Part shown: piece after piece, positions 9,214 to 16,373 of the stretch
Position numbering within the stretch: position 1 is the stretch's first letter
How the letters are laid out: each line of letters opens with the position of its first letter
From: an uncultured Candidatus Saccharibacteria bacterium
GTDB taxonomy: Bacteria > Patescibacteriota > Saccharimonadia > Saccharimonadales > JAGQNJ01
Direction: 5' to 3'
Length of the DNA stretch: 64,000 nt
Assembly (NCBI GenBank): GCA_965231045.1
Contig: OZ246406.1
Location: forward strand, 578,208-642,207
Notes under the pieces: model-generated
The model's database searches: none
What the model was told of the DNA's origin: nothing
What the model saw: only the letters and a program-made list of their open reading frames with translations
Translations under genes and position numbers: made by a program

Positions 9214-9305
9214 TGGCGGTAGGTGGGGGATTCGAACCCCCGAATGCCGGCTTAGACATCATCCGTTTTGGAGACGGTTACAATCAACCACTCTGCCAAC
9301 CTACC
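9214..9305 (-). tRNA. Unusual 92-nt tRNA, anticodon CCA (Trp), with a 20-nt variable region
   Basis: GGTAGGTTGGCAGAGTGGTTGATTGTAACCGTCTCCAAAACGGATGATGTCTAAGCCGGCATTCGGGGGTTCGAATCCCCCACCTACCGCCA has a 7-bp acceptor, T-arm GGGGG-TTCGAAT-CCCCC and discriminator G. Its anticodon loop CTCCAAA is identical to that of E. coli tRNA-Trp. Confidence 0.6.
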
Positions 9306-9593
9306 AACTTAAAAAAGTACCCGTGAGCAAGGTGGCGGTTTGAACCACAACGCTCATAGATACTCTATTGTAAATATAAGTGGGTAGATCTAAACCTTTA
9401 TCCCGCCGTGTACCCGGTCACGGTTAGCACTCACTATACTGAGAGTGCTAAATACTGTCAAGAAGTTGGTATCTGTTTTTGAGGTGTGCTATTTACAACA
9501 TGCATGTGCTTATCTGTTAACCCTGTTTACTACGCCGTACTTACCGATAACGATCATGGTTAACCAAATGAGCATTGCTACAATATCTTCAAT

Positions 9594-10028
9594 ATGACAT
9601 ATAGAGGAATGGAGCACGAGCCACAGCCAGGCGAAAAGCCAGAAGTCGCCTTTTGGTTTTTTATCCGCTCAGTCCCTGCCGGCGGTGCACCGCGCTACAT
9701 CAAAGAGGGCTGGGTCAATGTTCCCTTGCCTTGTCGTCGACCACGCGGTGAAGGTCCCGAGCTACATCTAGGTGGTGATGTTGACACCGGAGCCCTAGAC
9801 ATCGTTCCGGATGGTGTGTCGATCGATGCCGATGACGCCATCAAGGCTCTGCGATTGTTCGACCGCCACGAGGCTGCTGATTGGTGGCAGAGCTACATGG
9901 ATGACTGCTACGGCACAGCAGTTGGTGAAGGATTGGTATTCCGTGCTGCAGAAGGTCATCTAGTGCCGCCAAGCATGGCCCATCGATTGCTACCCGGACT
10001 TGAAGACTTCGACCGCATCGAGCCCTAG
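9594..10028 (+). CDS. Hypothetical protein (144 aa), markedly GC-richer than its surroundings
   Basis: Long ORF with protein-like composition and no recognisable motif. The start could instead be the ATG at 9609. Confidence 0.5.
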   Translation: MTYRGMEHEPQPGEKPEVAFWFFIRSVPAGGAPRYIKEGWVNVPLPCRRPRGEGPELHLGGDVDTGALDIVPDGVSIDADDAIKALRLFDRHEAADWWQSYMDDCYGTAVGEGLVFRAAEGHLVPPSMAHRLLPGLEDFDRIEP

Positions 10029-10172
10029 CTCCATGTCATCGCGGATGTCATCACAACTCACACCAACCAGCTAGACAGTCGCACACCAGCGCACATTCGG
10101 AATCGTCAAAAACCTCTGTTGACAGGCACTGATGCCCATAATCACCAACAGGGGGGAATGAGGCGCGACTCT

Positions 10173-10243
10173 CTCATAACCACGAGGTCCCAGGTTCGTT
10201 CGCAAAGCGGATGACGAAGTCATCTGTACTGGTCCCGCAACCA
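10173..10243 (+). pseudogene. Duplicated 3' half of the initiator-like tRNA with a 30-nt insertion in the T-loop
   Basis: 10173-10198 is identical to 8882-8907, and 10229-10245 is identical to 8912-8928. The AGTC of the T-loop is replaced by ttcgcaaagcGGATGACgaaGTCATCtgta. The 5' half of a cloverleaf is absent. Confidence 0.75.
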
Positions 10244-10253
10244 AAAGCACTTT

Positions 10254-10278
10254 GGTCTCAGACACCTGAGGTCTTTTT
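10254..10278 (+). terminator. Intrinsic terminator after the tRNA fragment
   Basis: GGTCTCAG-acac-CTGAGGTC (two G:U pairs) is followed by TTTTT. Confidence 0.55.
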
Positions 10279-10302
10279 GTTTGGTTTTGATATGATATAG
10301 CA

Positions 10303-11136
10303 ATGGAGATTCCTTTAACACCAGGGACTAAATTTATTTTATCGACCTCAGGCAAGGAGTGGGCCCTAGAACGACACAACACAGCGTTGCAAAATTTTGA
10401 TGCAGACCTTACCTACTTTACTTTTGGTCGGCCAATTACAGCAGAAGAATACGTAGGCTTATTTAGGGCACCGATTGTACGAGGAGGTGCCTTAACAGGC
10501 CAAGGTCTCAAGACGGGCATAATCCCATTTATTGATAGTCTCGACCCGCTCGCTGAAAAGCTTGGGTCGGTAAATACCGTAGTGAACATTGATGGCAAAT
10601 TACATGGTTACAACACTGATGCATTTGGTTTTAAAGCCGCCATTACTAATTACTTGGATATGTCGGATAAAGAAATTAATTCTGCTGTTGTCTATGGAAA
10701 CAGTGGTGTTTCTGGTGTCGCGGTTCGTATTTTGCAAAAACTTGGTCTAGAAGTTGGGATGGCTGGCCGCAATGCAGAAAATGTTAAGAAAAAAATGGGC
10801 GAACTCGGTCTAGCCCAAGTTGAAGGTCCGTACGATTTGGTAGTAAACGCTACGCCAATTTCTTCTAAACCAGTCGAAGAAGCAGTTGGACTCGTGCCTT
10901 TGTTAGAAACTGCAAAAGTGGTGTTTGACCACAGCATGCCAGAATTGGATGGTGGCACTAACTATCTCAAAGAATACAGCGAGCAGCATAACCTCGACTT
11001 TATTCCTGGTAATGATATGTACATTCCTCAGATGATTCAACAATGGACACTTTTCTTGAACGGTGTTGAGTCACGTTCTGGTGAGCCGCTGTCAGTTGGC
11101 GAAGCCGACATAAAAGCGGCCTGGAAGCTAGACTGA
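10303..11136 (+). CDS. Shikimate/quinate dehydrogenase-family protein (divergent)
   Basis: SVNTVV, GYNTDAFGF, VNATP and GNDMYIPQ align with AroE motifs. The NADP-binding glycine loop is degenerate (GNSGVSG). Confidence 0.6.
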   Translation: MEIPLTPGTKFILSTSGKEWALERHNTALQNFDADLTYFTFGRPITAEEYVGLFRAPIVRGGALTGQGLKTGIIPFIDSLDPLAEKLGSVNTVVNIDGKLHGYNTDAFGFKAAITNYLDMSDKEINSAVVYGNSGVSGVAVRILQKLGLEVGMAGRNAENVKKKMGELGLAQVEGPYDLVVNATPISSKPVEEAVGLVPLLETAKVVFDHSMPELDGGTNYLKEYSEQHNLDFIPGNDMYIPQMIQQWTLFLNGVESRSGEPLSVGEADIKAAWKLD

Positions 11137-11212
11137 GCTCTTTCCAACGAGCTAGCTATACCAGTATGAGGTTCCAATTCGAGTGAACCTCGGCAACCAA
11201 GTAAGAGTTTTC

Positions 11213-11247
11213 AGATAGAGATAGGTTCCAAAATCTATCTCTTTTTG
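11213..11247 (+). terminator. Intrinsic terminator
   Basis: AGATAGAGAT-aggttccaaa-ATCTATCTCT is followed by TTTTGTTT. Confidence 0.7.
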
Positions 11248-11340
11248 TTTGCCTGAATTTTCACCTCTGTAGTTTAAGTTCGAGCACTTGGGAAGTTTAA
11301 TTTATCTTGAAAAGCCAACCCGATAGTATAATTAACTATT

Positions 11341-11562
11341 ATGGAATCACTGATTTTTGGTAGTTTAATAGCATTAATAGTGTTCGGTATTGTGCTAGTT
11401 GTTTTAATTGTTGTGCCCTTTATATTGATTTTCTTTGTTATTCGTAACTGGAGACACTACCGTAGCGGCACTTCTAATATTGTTCCATTTGTAATAACTT
11501 CAGCCTTACTATTTGTTAATATTTATCTTCTTGCACGGCTCTATATAGATCATCACCAATAA
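11341..11562 (+). CDS. Small membrane protein (73 aa, 2 TM)
   Basis: The hydrophobic profile shows two TM helices. No known motif. Confidence 0.45.
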   Translation: MESLIFGSLIALIVFGIVLVVLIVVPFILIFFVIRNWRHYRSGTSNIVPFVITSALLFVNIYLLARLYIDHHQ

Positions 11563-11589
11563 ATTTCACATTTTTGTTAAACTGTAAGT

Positions 11590-11844
11590 ATGCCAAAGGA
11601 GTTTTCAACAGAAGAAGCCAAAAGTATTGGCGAAAAGATTGGGGTAGATTTTAACAAATTTGACCTCGAGCAATTTCGAATGGGCTTAGCCGTTGAACTC
11701 GAGCATGGCACTCAGTGGGGAGATAGTACAAACGTGACCAAAGACGACCCGCTTGTGACAGGCCGGATTGTTTGGGCACATCTTAAGGAAATTCCTGATT
11801 ATTACACCCGTCTTAACAAGATGGAAAAAGAAGCAGGAAGTTAA
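11590..11844 (+). CDS. Hypothetical conserved-looking small protein (84 aa)
   Basis: ORF with balanced composition containing LAVELEHG and AHLKEIPDYYTRL segments. The family was not confidently identified. Confidence 0.5.
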   Translation: MPKEFSTEEAKSIGEKIGVDFNKFDLEQFRMGLAVELEHGTQWGDSTNVTKDDPLVTGRIVWAHLKEIPDYYTRLNKMEKEAGS

Positions 11845-11854
11845 GGGAGAAATT

Positions 11855-12442
11855 ATGAAAAATTTTGTCATCGCAGCTTTAGTAATAGCTGTATTAGGCC
11901 TTGGTGGATGGGTAGCTTACGATAAGTTGGCCACAAAATCAGATAGTTCAAGCAGTAGCAGTAGCAGCAGTAGTTCTGCTTCAGGTACTACAGCAACAAA
12001 TTCAGCAACTACTTTGGATCTGAGCAACAAAGGTCTAACAAAAGTTGGCTCTGATGTTTATAACAAAACTGGCACAACCGTATTAATTCTATCTAATAAC
12101 AACCTGACCTCTCTACCATCAGAAATGGGTAAGATGACTAAACTTCAAGTCCTCAAACTGGACCACAACCGACTTGAAGGTTCATTGATTGGTGAAATCC
12201 GTAAAATGCCACTTGTGACACTCGATGCTAGCAACAACAACATGACAGGCGTTCCTGCCGAGATCGGCCAACTTAACAAATTAGAAACTCTAGACTACAG
12301 CAATAACAAAATCGATACTTTGCCAAATGAAATCTATAATCTTAAGCAATTGAAAACTTTGAATCTTACAGGCAACCCCATTTCTGCCGACAAAGTTAGC
12401 AAACTAAAATCTGAACTACCAAGCACGAACATCATTATCTAG
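11855..12442 (+). CDS. Leucine-rich-repeat surface protein with N-terminal anchor and poly-Ser linker
   Basis: Starts at MKNFVIAALVIAVLGLGGW after a GGGAGA RBS. It has a 10-Ser run and then about seven LxxLxLxxNxL repeats. Confidence 0.8.
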   Translation: MKNFVIAALVIAVLGLGGWVAYDKLATKSDSSSSSSSSSSSASGTTATNSATTLDLSNKGLTKVGSDVYNKTGTTVLILSNNNLTSLPSEMGKMTKLQVLKLDHNRLEGSLIGEIRKMPLVTLDASNNNMTGVPAEIGQLNKLETLDYSNNKIDTLPNEIYNLKQLKTLNLTGNPISADKVSKLKSELPSTNIII

Positions 12443-12470
12443 CTCGTTATTTACTTGGTATTATTAGTGC

Positions 12471-13583
12471 ATGACCTTAGATGCAGTTGTGCACGCCCTG
12501 TCAACATCCTTTGCTATGGGATGGGAAATACTGTGGGCTTTGATTCTCGGGTTTTTCTTGTCGGCAATCGTACAAGCCCTGGTTCGTAAAGCAACTATCG
12601 GTAAACTCATGCCTGATGATTCGGCAAAAACTTTGGCAATCGCCACAGCGCTTGGTGCGGCATCGTCATCTTGCTCTTATGCGGCTGTTGCCCTCGCCCG
12701 CTCACTTTTTCGCAAAGGTGCAAATTTTACCGCTATAGTCGCTTTTGAAATTGCATCAACTAATCTAGTTATTGAGCTTGGTATCATCATGGCCATTTTA
12801 CTTGGCTGGCAGTTCACGCTCGCTGAATTTATTGGTGGACCAATAATGATTATTATTCTAGCCGTTATATTTCGTCTCACCCTTCGCAAGCAAATGTTAG
12901 AAGATGCCCTAAAGCAGGCCGAGAAAGGCGAGCAAGGCAAAATGGAAATGCACGCCGCTATGGATATGAGTGTGCAAGAAAAAGGGAGTTTCTGGAGAAG
13001 GCTATTCTCCAAGAGCGGTATTAATTCAGTAAGTAGCCTTTATGTTATGGATTGGCAGGCAATCTGGAAAGATATTGTTATTGGACTTTTGATTGCCGGA
13101 TCTATTGCAGCTTGGGTACCAGAGAGCTTTTTTGCTAAATTCTTCTTTACCGACCACCCAGTTTTTAGCAAAATTTGGGGCCCACTAATTGGACCATTTA
13201 TTTCAGTTATTAGCTTCGTTTGTTCAATCGGAAACGTCCCTTTAGCTGCCGTACTTTGGAATAGCGGTATAAGTTTTGGCGGGGTCATTAGTTTTATATT
13301 TGCCGATTTAATCGTCATCCCTATACTTTTGATCTACCGAAAATACTACGGGACTAAAATGGCCATCTATAAATTTGTAACCTTCTACATTGCCATGGTG
13401 TTGGCCGGATATATAATAGAATTCTTGTTTAGCTGGCTACACCTCATCCCGACTGAGCGTAACGCAACTGTGCTCGAAGCATCAATAGCCTGGAACTATA
13501 CAACTATACTTAATCTAATATTTCTAACACTATCAGGGTATCTTATATATCGTTACGCCCGTTCCGGCCGAGTCCAAATGTAA
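12471..13583 (+). CDS. Predicted permease (polytopic, ArsP/DUF318-like)
   Basis: 370 aa with about 9-10 TM segments, including Cys-containing conserved-looking segments (SSSCSYAAV, VCSIGNVPLAAVLW). Confidence 0.6.
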   Translation: MTLDAVVHALSTSFAMGWEILWALILGFFLSAIVQALVRKATIGKLMPDDSAKTLAIATALGAASSSCSYAAVALARSLFRKGANFTAIVAFEIASTNLVIELGIIMAILLGWQFTLAEFIGGPIMIIILAVIFRLTLRKQMLEDALKQAEKGEQGKMEMHAAMDMSVQEKGSFWRRLFSKSGINSVSSLYVMDWQAIWKDIVIGLLIAGSIAAWVPESFFAKFFFTDHPVFSKIWGPLIGPFISVISFVCSIGNVPLAAVLWNSGISFGGVISFIFADLIVIPILLIYRKYYGTKMAIYKFVTFYIAMVLAGYIIEFLFSWLHLIPTERNATVLEASIAWNYTTILNLIFLTLSGYLIYRYARSGRVQM

Positions 13584-13611
13584 TCACGAAATGCTGCAAA
13601 GTAGCGTCAAC

Positions 13612-13639
13612 TTGACATCCCAGATTTGTGGAGTACATT
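13612..13639 (+). promoter_or_regulatory. Promoter TTGACA-16-TACATT driving a terminator-containing leader of about 150 nt
   Basis: Reads TTGACAtcccagatttgtggagTACATT. Confidence 0.5.
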
Positions 13640-13757
13640 AACAGGTATGGTATCAACTAAGGCTATCCCGATGACAAAGCTTGCCGCAGCGATTGTGGTT
13701 AGTGAGGGGAGTGCCTTATAGTTTGTAGCCAATAAATAAAGTAACTGGACAAACGAG

Positions 13758-13790
13758 CCTCCCCGAACAAACGGGGAGGTTTTATTTTGT
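13758..13790 (+). terminator. Intrinsic terminator/attenuator immediately upstream of the RBS of 13808..14074
   Basis: CCTCCCCG-aacaaa-CGGGGAGG is followed by TTTTATTTTG. An outer GGACAAA/TTTGTCC pairing is possible, and an upstream GGGGAG could act as an antiterminator. Confidence 0.65.
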
Positions 13791-13807
13791 CCGAAAGGAG
13801 ATAATAA

Positions 13808-14074
13808 ATGCAAACTTTAGAAACAGAAAGGCCAGTTGTAGGTTTTGGCAACAGCGATAATGGTAGATTTGCTGAAGCCGACTTACTAGTAGTCGAGTCG
13901 GACCACCCAGAACAACGTAGAGTGGTTCAGGGCGCCATACAATTTATCTGGGATAAACTACGGCTTTATCCAGTCGAGGCTAGCCCAGCAATGAGCCAGC
14001 ACTTTGGACATGCCGAACGACGCAATGACCCTGCCCCACAATTTGATGATCCAAATACGGGTCATCTGGGTTAG
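13808..14074 (+). CDS. Hypothetical protein (88 aa)
   Basis: ORF with RBS AAAGGAG placed 8 nt upstream. No known motif. Confidence 0.45.
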   Translation: MQTLETERPVVGFGNSDNGRFAEADLLVVESDHPEQRRVVQGAIQFIWDKLRLYPVEASPAMSQHFGHAERRNDPAPQFDDPNTGHLG

Positions 14075-14076
14075 TG

Positions 14077-14520
14077 CTAGCTGTTGCGGTGGAAGAAGAA
14101 GTCGCGCCAAGCCTGTAGGTTTTGCTCATAAAATGGTTGGTGCGACTGCGTATCGGTTTGTTTTTTAGTTTCTTCTTTTATTTCAATGCTATGGGCCAAT
14201 GCCACAGCCTTTGGAACATTGAGAACTTTTTCACCTGGGGCAGCCTTACCAAACTGGCGACGCGCTGCAAGCTCTAAGAATTCGTTAGTATCAAGATATT
14301 GATTTTTGAGTTTTTGGTTTTCGTTCTCTAGTTTATAGACCTGATTTTGTTGATCTATTTTGGAAATTTGCTTTTGTAAATCTGCGTTGGTTTGAATAGC
14401 CTTAACACAACTCCAACTAACCAATAAAATCAGTATGCCAAATATAACTTGCCCCAAAACACGTATGTCGGTGATGTTGTGAAGTATATAGCTAGTTTGA
14501 GTTTTTATTTTTTCAATCAT
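14077..14520 (-). CDS. Septum-formation initiator (FtsB/DivIC-like) protein
   Basis: Has a single N-terminal TM followed by a coiled coil (QKQISKIDQQNQVYKLENENQKLKNQ). Confidence 0.55.
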   Translation of the reverse strand: MIEKIKTQTSYILHNITDIRVLGQVIFGILILLVSWSCVKAIQTNADLQKQISKIDQQNQVYKLENENQKLKNQYLDTNEFLELAARRQFGKAAPGEKVLNVPKAVALAHSIEIKEETKKQTDTQSHQPFYEQNLQAWRDFFFHRNS

Positions 14521-14610
14521 TTTACGATTCTATTATAACAAAATAGCATAATAACTGTGGTAATTAGTATTGCTTTTTTTAAATAAAAGTATTATGATAG
14601 TGCTTCTGAA

Positions 14611-15141
14611 ATGGTAGATTGTTTCGAAGTTGATAGATTTAACGACGTTTCAAGTCGTGCTCAACAGGCCGCAGGTGTTGACCCTGCTATGTGTTTTCAC
14701 ATGCGTGAAATTGCCGGGTCAGCAGAAGATAAGACACCTATTCCAATATATCTGGGGCATATTGCTGCCGGGGTTTATCCACTGGTTCGAGAAGAGGGCC
14801 GCTGGCGAACCCATGACATTGTTGATCACAGTGATCGTGTTCGTTCACTTCACCCTGCCAATCGCCCAATAATTGAAGAAGCTGCAATTGCCGGATTAGA
14901 TGCTCATGTTCAAGGTAATACGCAACTTGCTGAGGCGCTAACCTTTGCCGTCGATGATTACATGTGTAATCGGCAAGGTCTTTGGGCAAATGCCTTGTAT
15001 AGAATGTTACTTTTACTCGATAAAGTGACTAGCCCTGAAGGAAATACTAGCTTCCGTATTGAACTTGATCGAGTACAAACAACGCATGCTCGTGCTATCG
15101 CGGCCGCTTTAGAAGAATTACAGCCAAAAGTATATAGCTAA
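14611..15141 (+). CDS. Hypothetical protein (176 aa)
   Basis: Long ORF with no recognisable motif. Confidence 0.5.
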   Translation: MVDCFEVDRFNDVSSRAQQAAGVDPAMCFHMREIAGSAEDKTPIPIYLGHIAAGVYPLVREEGRWRTHDIVDHSDRVRSLHPANRPIIEEAAIAGLDAHVQGNTQLAEALTFAVDDYMCNRQGLWANALYRMLLLLDKVTSPEGNTSFRIELDRVQTTHARAIAAALEELQPKVYS

Positions 15142-15199
15142 GAAATCTCTAAACTGGTATACTCACATCTGTTACCACGATGTCATACATCGGCGACGC

Positions 15200-15275
15200 G
15201 GGGGTGTAGCTCAGTGGTTAGAGCAGTCGGCTCATAACCGATTGGTCCCAGGTTCAAGTCCTGGCACCCCCACCA
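15200..15275 (+). tRNA. tRNA with anticodon CAU, tRNA-Ile2 (lysidine)-like, CCA encoded
   Basis: GGGGGTGTAGCTCAGTGGTTAGAGCAGTCGGCTCATAACCGATTGGTCCCAGGTTCAAGTCCTGGCACCCCCACCA has D and T arms close to those of E. coli tRNA-Ile2. An extended -10 (TGgTATACT) lies about 40 nt upstream. Confidence 0.8.
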
Positions 15276-15284
15276 CATTTGAAT

Positions 15285-16328
15285 ATGAATACAACTAAAC
15301 TCCACCCTAGAGTCTCAGCGAGACTCATCATTATCGTTATTACCGCCTGTCTGATTGTTTTTGGTGCCCTACAATTTCTCGAAGCAAATCCAAAACAAGT
15401 TGCCGTAACTCCAGCCCCTAGACTAAGTGTTGATGAGTTTTCATATGAATCAAGTAAGCTGACCGATTTAGTCGACAAAGACAGTCCAAAAGATGCCTTT
15501 GCCTATATCGAAGATAATTTGCCCACCAACCCCTCATTTGCACGCGATTGTCACCCACTACTTCACGAAGTAGGCCACGAAGCATTTCATAAATACGGTA
15601 GCTTTTCTGAAGCCATAAAGTTTCAGAACGAACTTTGTAATTCTGGATACACGCATGGGGTTATTGAATCTGCCTTTGATCATACCAAAGATATTTCAAG
15701 TCTTGTAAAAACCATCTGCAATATTGATAGTCAAACTAAATTCCAGCAATGGGAATGTTTCCATGGTGTTGGTCATGGCGTGATGATTTATAGCAACCAA
15801 GATGTTAACAAATCTTTAGAACTTTGCGCCAAGTTACCTTCACAATTTGCCACTGATTCATGCAAGAACGGCTTGTTCATGGAGCGCTTTGTCGTAATTG
15901 ATCATATTGGTAACATTAACCCAAAAAAGACGGTTGATTTAAACTTTTGTGAATTACAACAACCTGAAAACAAAGCCGACTGTTACTTATATGCTCCAAG
16001 TGGATACCTAACGATTCACACTAATGAATACAAAGCGGCACTTGAATGGTGCAAAGGTTCTCAGCCCAATTATTATCAAGCATGTATTAGGGGTGTTGGT
16101 ACACAAGTTATGAAAGATAATATAACTCAGCCAACTATTGCGTTGAGCATTTGCGACAAAGCACCAAAAAATACCAATGATACCTGCATAAGAGGTGCTG
16201 TAGGCTTACAAATTGTCAACGATGGTTCGGTGCAACGAGCAAAAGAACTCTGTCAAAACGAATTCAAAAAATACAAAATAGCTTGTGTAGAGGAAGTATC
16301 AGCTAGCCAAAGCTTATTGTCACTATAG
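15285..16328 (+). CDS. Membrane-anchored Cys-rich extracytoplasmic protein with an HExxH motif
   Basis: Has an N-terminal TM, the motif LHEVGHEAFH and repeated C..G(V/T)GH segments. The ATG lies only 10 nt after the tRNA 3' end. Confidence 0.6.
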   Translation: MNTTKLHPRVSARLIIIVITACLIVFGALQFLEANPKQVAVTPAPRLSVDEFSYESSKLTDLVDKDSPKDAFAYIEDNLPTNPSFARDCHPLLHEVGHEAFHKYGSFSEAIKFQNELCNSGYTHGVIESAFDHTKDISSLVKTICNIDSQTKFQQWECFHGVGHGVMIYSNQDVNKSLELCAKLPSQFATDSCKNGLFMERFVVIDHIGNINPKKTVDLNFCELQQPENKADCYLYAPSGYLTIHTNEYKAALEWCKGSQPNYYQACIRGVGTQVMKDNITQPTIALSICDKAPKNTNDTCIRGAVGLQIVNDGSVQRAKELCQNEFKKYKIACVEEVSASQSLLSL

Positions 16329-16329
16329 A

Positions 16330-16361
16330 TTATCGAGACTTTTTGAGGGTTTCGCCCCACC
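16330..16361. repeat. Direct repeat copy 1 (orphan copy of the FMN-reductase 3' end)
   Basis: ttatcgagactttttgagggtttcgccccacc matches 20447-20478 at 31 of 32 positions. Confidence 0.95.
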
Positions 16362-16373
16362 TTAGGCTTTCAA

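Larger units (their letters stand above)
8927..10172. mobile_element. Putative remnant of an integrated element at the tRNA 3' end (no integrase present)
   Basis: Bounded by the intact tRNA and a duplicated tRNA 3' half at 10173-10243. The interior holds tandem 9-nt TGTCATCAA repeats at 8999-9007 and 9010-9018, an odd tRNA and a conspicuously GC-rich ORF. Confidence 0.5.

Noticed and set aside
9120-9326. 68-aa ORF on the plus strand.
   Set aside because: It runs straight through the terminator hairpin and the antisense of the 92-nt tRNA, so it is almost certainly not coding.
9330-9406. A 77-nt stretch on the minus strand, directly upstream of the 92-nt tRNA. It has a tRNA-like 3' end (GTGGTTCAAACCGCCACC) and a 5' GGCGG that could pair with it.
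   Set aside because: The D and anticodon arms cannot be drawn, the T-stem does not pair and CCA is incomplete. At best it is a decayed remnant, so I did not call it.
10071-10382. 103-aa ORF on the minus strand.
   Set aside because: It is antisense to the tRNA 3'-half copy, its terminator and the start of the SDH-like gene, so it is spurious.
11945-11977. AGC/AGT-rich simple repeat.
   Set aside because: It is in frame and encodes the poly-Ser linker of the LRR protein. It is not a CRISPR array or a noncoding microsatellite.
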